DNA of 45,680 nucleotides from a virus: the IMG/VR virus record IMGVR_UViG_3300045988_094011, one strand, 5' to 3'. Every line of letters begins with the position of its first letter. Position 1 is the stretch's first letter. Below are positions 42,498 to 45,680 of this stretch, piece by piece. A program made the position numbers and the translations under genes. Below the pieces are notes generated by a model, which saw nothing but the letters and a program-made list of their open reading frames with translations, was not told the DNA's origin and ran no database searches.

Positions 42498-42758
42498 CTA
42501 GTCATTTTTGCTAGTTGTTGACTCATTTATAACATCTCCTTGCGTTCCTTCATTTATGTTATTTACTCCGTGACCTTCTTGGTAATATTTAGAAAATTCA
42601 AAATTATTTATGAAAGACATAAACATATAAAATGATAAACCAAGTATAATCACTAAGACTATTATTATTGCAAACATAAATTTTATAATACTATTTCTGT
42701 GTTCTATATCCTTTTCATAAGCTATAAAAGGCACATTTATCATACTTTTCTTTTCCAT
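42498..42758 (-). CDS. 86-aa single-pass membrane protein
   Basis: TM segment FMFAIIIVLVIILGLSFYMFMSFI. Its start overlaps the upstream gene end. Confidence 0.5.
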   Translation of the reverse strand: MEKKSMINVPFIAYEKDIEHRNSIIKFMFAIIIVLVIILGLSFYMFMSFINNFEFSKYYQEGHGVNNINEGTQGDVINESTTSKND

Positions 42759-42759
42759 C

Positions 42760-43089
42760 CTAATTCTCCTTTACTGGTATTTTATTAAATTTTATAACTA
42801 ATTCTTCTATATAACTGTTTCCACCCATCTTTTTATATTGTTGATACATGTAATTAACATTTTCCTTCTCATATATAGGAACAGAACCAACACTATTGTA
42901 CACATAGTACTTGCTTGTAATGTTACTTCTAAGAAGGCAGATTAGAGCATCATGTTGTAAAGAATCTTCTGAAAGATGTAAATTCTTTTTCTTATTTTTT
43001 TCTTTACATTTACTCACAATTATGTTTAAAAAAGTGGTTATCCAAAAGGTTATTATACAAGTTATTGCTGTTATTAATATTGTTTTCAT
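42760..43089 (-). CDS. 109-aa N-terminally anchored membrane protein
   Basis: TM segment ILITAITCIITFWITTFLNIIV followed by a basic stretch KCKEKNKKKN. Confidence 0.5.
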   Translation of the reverse strand: MKTILITAITCIITFWITTFLNIIVSKCKEKNKKKNLHLSEDSLQHDALICLLRSNITSKYYVYNSVGSVPIYEKENVNYMYQQYKKMGGNSYIEELVIKFNKIPVKEN

Positions 43090-43104
43090 CCTTTTTATTC
43101 CTTT

Positions 43105-43533
43105 CTAATCAGTTGTTTTTGTATATTCTATTACTAATTTACCATTATGTATTGCATCTTCTCCAGTTGGAATATAAACAGTGATTTTTTTTGTTTGTGA
43201 ATCATAATATGTTACTGTTTTCTTTATTAATGAAGCCTGATATTTAGTTTGATAAGTTACAATTCCTTCTATTTTTGATATCTCAGAAATGTTTAAAGCA
43301 GACACGTCAAATATTTGGTCAAGCCCTGTGTTTATTGCTGATATAGAATATACTTTTCTATATAAAGGTTTCCCTAGCCACGTTCCAATAACTTGTTCAT
43401 TTTTAGAATAAATAAGTTTGTTATTTATATAATTACAACTATATGTATCAGTTGTGCTTGTACTGTAAGCATCATGTATTTGATTATCAGCAAACTCTGA
43501 TGGTTGCTGTGTTTTTCTTAATAATTTTGACAT
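43105..43533 (-). CDS. 142-aa protein downstream of the tail fibre (possible fibre tip/receptor-binding or chaperone)
   Basis: ORF with a GGAAGGTGG SD. The call is by position only. Confidence 0.4.
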   Translation of the reverse strand: MSKLLRKTQQPSEFADNQIHDAYSTSTTDTYSCNYINNKLIYSKNEQVIGTWLGKPLYRKVYSISAINTGLDQIFDVSALNISEISKIEGIVTYQTKYQASLIKKTVTYYDSQTKKITVYIPTGEDAIHNGKLVIEYTKTTD

Positions 43534-43534
43534 A

Positions 43535-44551
43535 CTATTTCCACCTTCCTATTACCATCCAATATGCATCAGGACTCCTGCTATTATCAGTATTATTAAA
43601 TCCTTTTAATGCTAGTGTGGTTGTATTAAATGAGTCTATTGCAAAATCTACACTCCCCATCGTTGAAGATGTAGAATTACTTTGCATACTTATTCCAGCC
43701 CATAATGTAATCAATGTTGGCATAGGTAATGTAATATATATATCTGTATATGAATTTTCAGGAATAGAATATGTACTACTTCCATATTCTATAATAGTAC
43801 CATCTGCAAGTTTAATCCAATTTCCATTAGCATTACTCCCACTCGTTTCTGATATTTCTTCATATCCTGTTGGAACAGTCGTTCCATCATATTCTACAAT
43901 AGCTCCTATTGGAAGAGTGTCACCCGTAGAACCAGGGTTTCCTTGAGGACCCGTTGCTCCTGTATCTCCTTTAGGACCCTTTGGGAGTACTAAGTTAAGA
44001 GTCTGCGTAGGTGATTCTCCTTCTATCGTTGCACTTGCTGTACTACCTGCTTCAACAGTACCTATAGATAAGTTATTAGCAGGTCCAGGGTTTCCCTGAG
44101 GTCCTGTTTGCCCTTGCTCTCCTTGACTACCCTGGGGTCCTCTTTCTCCTTGTGGACCCTGTGGTAATACTAAATTAAGTACCTGGTTAGGTGAATCACC
44201 AACAATGGCTGCATCTGCTGTTGCACCACTTGTGACTGTTCCAATAGTTAATATGTTAGAAGGACCTGCAGCACCAGGGCTTCCTGGGTCACCTTTAGGA
44301 CCTAAAGGTCCAACATTAACCCAGTCATCATTTAACCAAGTATAGAAATCAGAACCTACTAGATAGCCATCACCAGCTTCACCTGTTGGATGTGCTACTT
44401 TTAAAGCAGCTTCAGTTTCATAAGAACCTAATATCGTGACCGATGATAAATCTTTAAAAGCTTCTTTAATTACATTAAAATTATTATTAAGCTCTTTAGC
44501 AAACAGTTTATCGCCATCTTTAAAATTGATTTTTAAACTGACATTTGGCAT
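43535..44551 (-). CDS. Tail fibre with collagen-like Gly-X-Y tracts and a duplicated ~60-aa module
   Basis: Three G-X-Y tracts. One module is duplicated: NILTIGTVTSGATADAAIVGDSPNQVLNLVLPQGPQGERG.. and NLSIGTVEAGSTASATIEGESPTQTLNLVLPKGPKGDTG... Strong SD (TAAGGAGGGG). Confidence 0.75.
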   Translation of the reverse strand: MPNVSLKINFKDGDKLFAKELNNNFNVIKEAFKDLSSVTILGSYETEAALKVAHPTGEAGDGYLVGSDFYTWLNDDWVNVGPLGPKGDPGSPGAAGPSNILTIGTVTSGATADAAIVGDSPNQVLNLVLPQGPQGERGPQGSQGEQGQTGPQGNPGPANNLSIGTVEAGSTASATIEGESPTQTLNLVLPKGPKGDTGATGPQGNPGSTGDTLPIGAIVEYDGTTVPTGYEEISETSGSNANGNWIKLADGTIIEYGSSTYSIPENSYTDIYITLPMPTLITLWAGISMQSNSTSSTMGSVDFAIDSFNTTTLALKGFNNTDNSRSPDAYWMVIGRWK

Positions 44552-44552
44552 A

Positions 44553-45625
44553 TTACCCCTCCTTAACTTTCTTAACTTTGTATGATATTCCTATAGATGC
44601 TATAGCAAAATTATGTGTATTTCTGTTTCTTATTGCAATACCTTTCTTAGGAACACCATCTACCATAAGTGCACTTGTATCATCAAATCCATCTGTTATT
44701 TTTATCTTTATAGCTTTTCCTTTTTGACCAACTCTTATCTTTATTTGTTGAACTGTTTTATTACCTAAAGTATCTTTACCTAAAATAAATTCACCTAAAA
44801 CCTTACTAGGCTGTAAAGTGCTAACATAGTAGTAAGTATCTGTCTCTGCATTGTATTTTACTTGATATTCAACAGGATTAACAACTATTCTATCATCAAC
44901 CCAAACAGTTATATAAAGAGGAACAGCATATTCTGTATCATTAAATAACTTTATATAAATATCTTTAAACTTCTTGTTATTTGTTGGATAACCTAAATGT
45001 AAGTTATGTGTTTCTAATTCGGATATAAATCCTGCACCATCTTGGTGTCTTTCATCTTCATCTAAAAACTCTAAATTAGAAAATCTAAATAAACGTAAGT
45101 CCATCTTACTAAATGTAGCTTCAGTGTAATCACTATTATATGTATAATTGTACATAGGAACAACAAAGAAATTACCATATTTATCATAGATTTTAGTTTC
45201 AAATAATGAGAAGAAAGGAAAAATCTTTTCATTTATACTATCTTTACTATCTCCATTATACACCTCTTGTGTCAAAGCTTCAAGGTCATATTCATAAAAA
45301 GCACCTGTTTCTGTATCATAAATAAACCAAGTCTTGCCATCATTCTTTACAATAATATAATTGTTATTCATTGTAAAAGATTCTAGGACATTACTAGAGT
45401 TTAATTCATCACCAAGTAACACATCTACCTTTTCAACATTTTCAGTACCTTCACCTAAATAACCTTGTTTTAGAGTATATATACCATCACTTCCTAAAAA
45501 GAATAGATTGTTACCAACAGCTCTTATAGTATTACCATTAGAACATCCAACAAAGTCATTTAAAGGGTAAACTCCGAAGTTATCTGCTCCAAATGTACCT
45601 GTCATTCTTTTTATTTGTTTATTTG
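44553..45625 (-). CDS. C-terminal part of the same ~930-aa tail structural protein (wraps from 1..1720)
   Basis: Frame arithmetic: (45626-45605) is divisible by 3, and the seven codons 45626..45606 read T N K Q I K R with no stop. The internal M at 45605 has no SD, so the listed 350-aa ORF is the tail end of the wrapped gene. Confidence 0.75.
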
Positions 45626-45680
45626 TAAATATAGCATAATATTGTCTAAAATAACTTATTCCTACAACTTGTTCTTCTGC
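45626..45680. repeat. Second copy of the 55-nt overlap (same as 1..55)
   Basis: Exact identity with 1..55. The unit genome length is therefore 45,625 bp. Confidence 0.95.

Noticed and set aside
1-45680. Searched for a lysogeny module (integrase, excisionase, CI/Cro pair) or attP
   Set aside because: I recognised no tyrosine or serine recombinase motifs and no CI-like repressor. The AbrB-like and Spo0A_C-like proteins are not sufficient to call a lysogeny switch. No claim is made, and a virulent lifestyle is only a tentative inference.

Overview
The window is a complete, circularly closed, very AT-rich dsDNA phage genome. Bases 1-55 are identical to 45626-45680, so the unit length is 45,625 bp, and one ~930-aa tail gene reads in frame across the junction.

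The genome has two arms.
- Minus-strand arm (12539 down through 1, wrapping to 45625 and on to 33405): packaging, morphogenesis and lysis genes. These include a terS-like gene, terL, portal, two collagen-like fibre proteins, holin plus GH25 endolysin, scaffold, an HK97-fold capsid protein, a connector-like protein, the ~930-aa tail protein, and 358-aa and 1400-aa internal-virion-like proteins. I see no tail tube, sheath or classical tape-measure set, so the layout looks podovirus-like.
- Plus-strand arm (13123-33416): early and replication genes. These include RadC, an AbrB-like regulator, an SNF2 helicase, a YqaJ exonuclease plus ERF plus SSB recombination module, a DnaG-type primase fused to an MCM-like AAA+ helicase, a family A DNA polymerase and a VRR-NUC nuclease.

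The arms diverge from a control region (12540-13176) with consensus sigma-A-type promoters and a triple 13-bp repeat. They converge on a bidirectional terminator built from overlapping gene ends (33398-33432). I recognised no integrase or CI-type repressor. The host is probably a spore-forming low-GC Firmicute such as a Clostridium, but that is inference.

The most unusual feature is the 1.07-kb ORF-free gap between the terS-like gene and terL (10963-12048). It holds five paralogous modules with the same three-helix architecture. Their stems differ in sequence but keep pairing, and all 11 transition mismatches are G-U wobbles only if the minus strand is the RNA. This argues for an array of structured ncRNAs that I cannot assign to a known class.

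Other notable items:
- an orphan Spo0A C-terminal DNA-binding-domain-like protein
- a group I intron with an HNH endonuclease ORF splitting motif B of the DNA polymerase
- a sigma-70 region-4-only protein
- a separately regulated late cassette containing a BclA/C1q-like protein
- a small paralog family ending in LKEVSE
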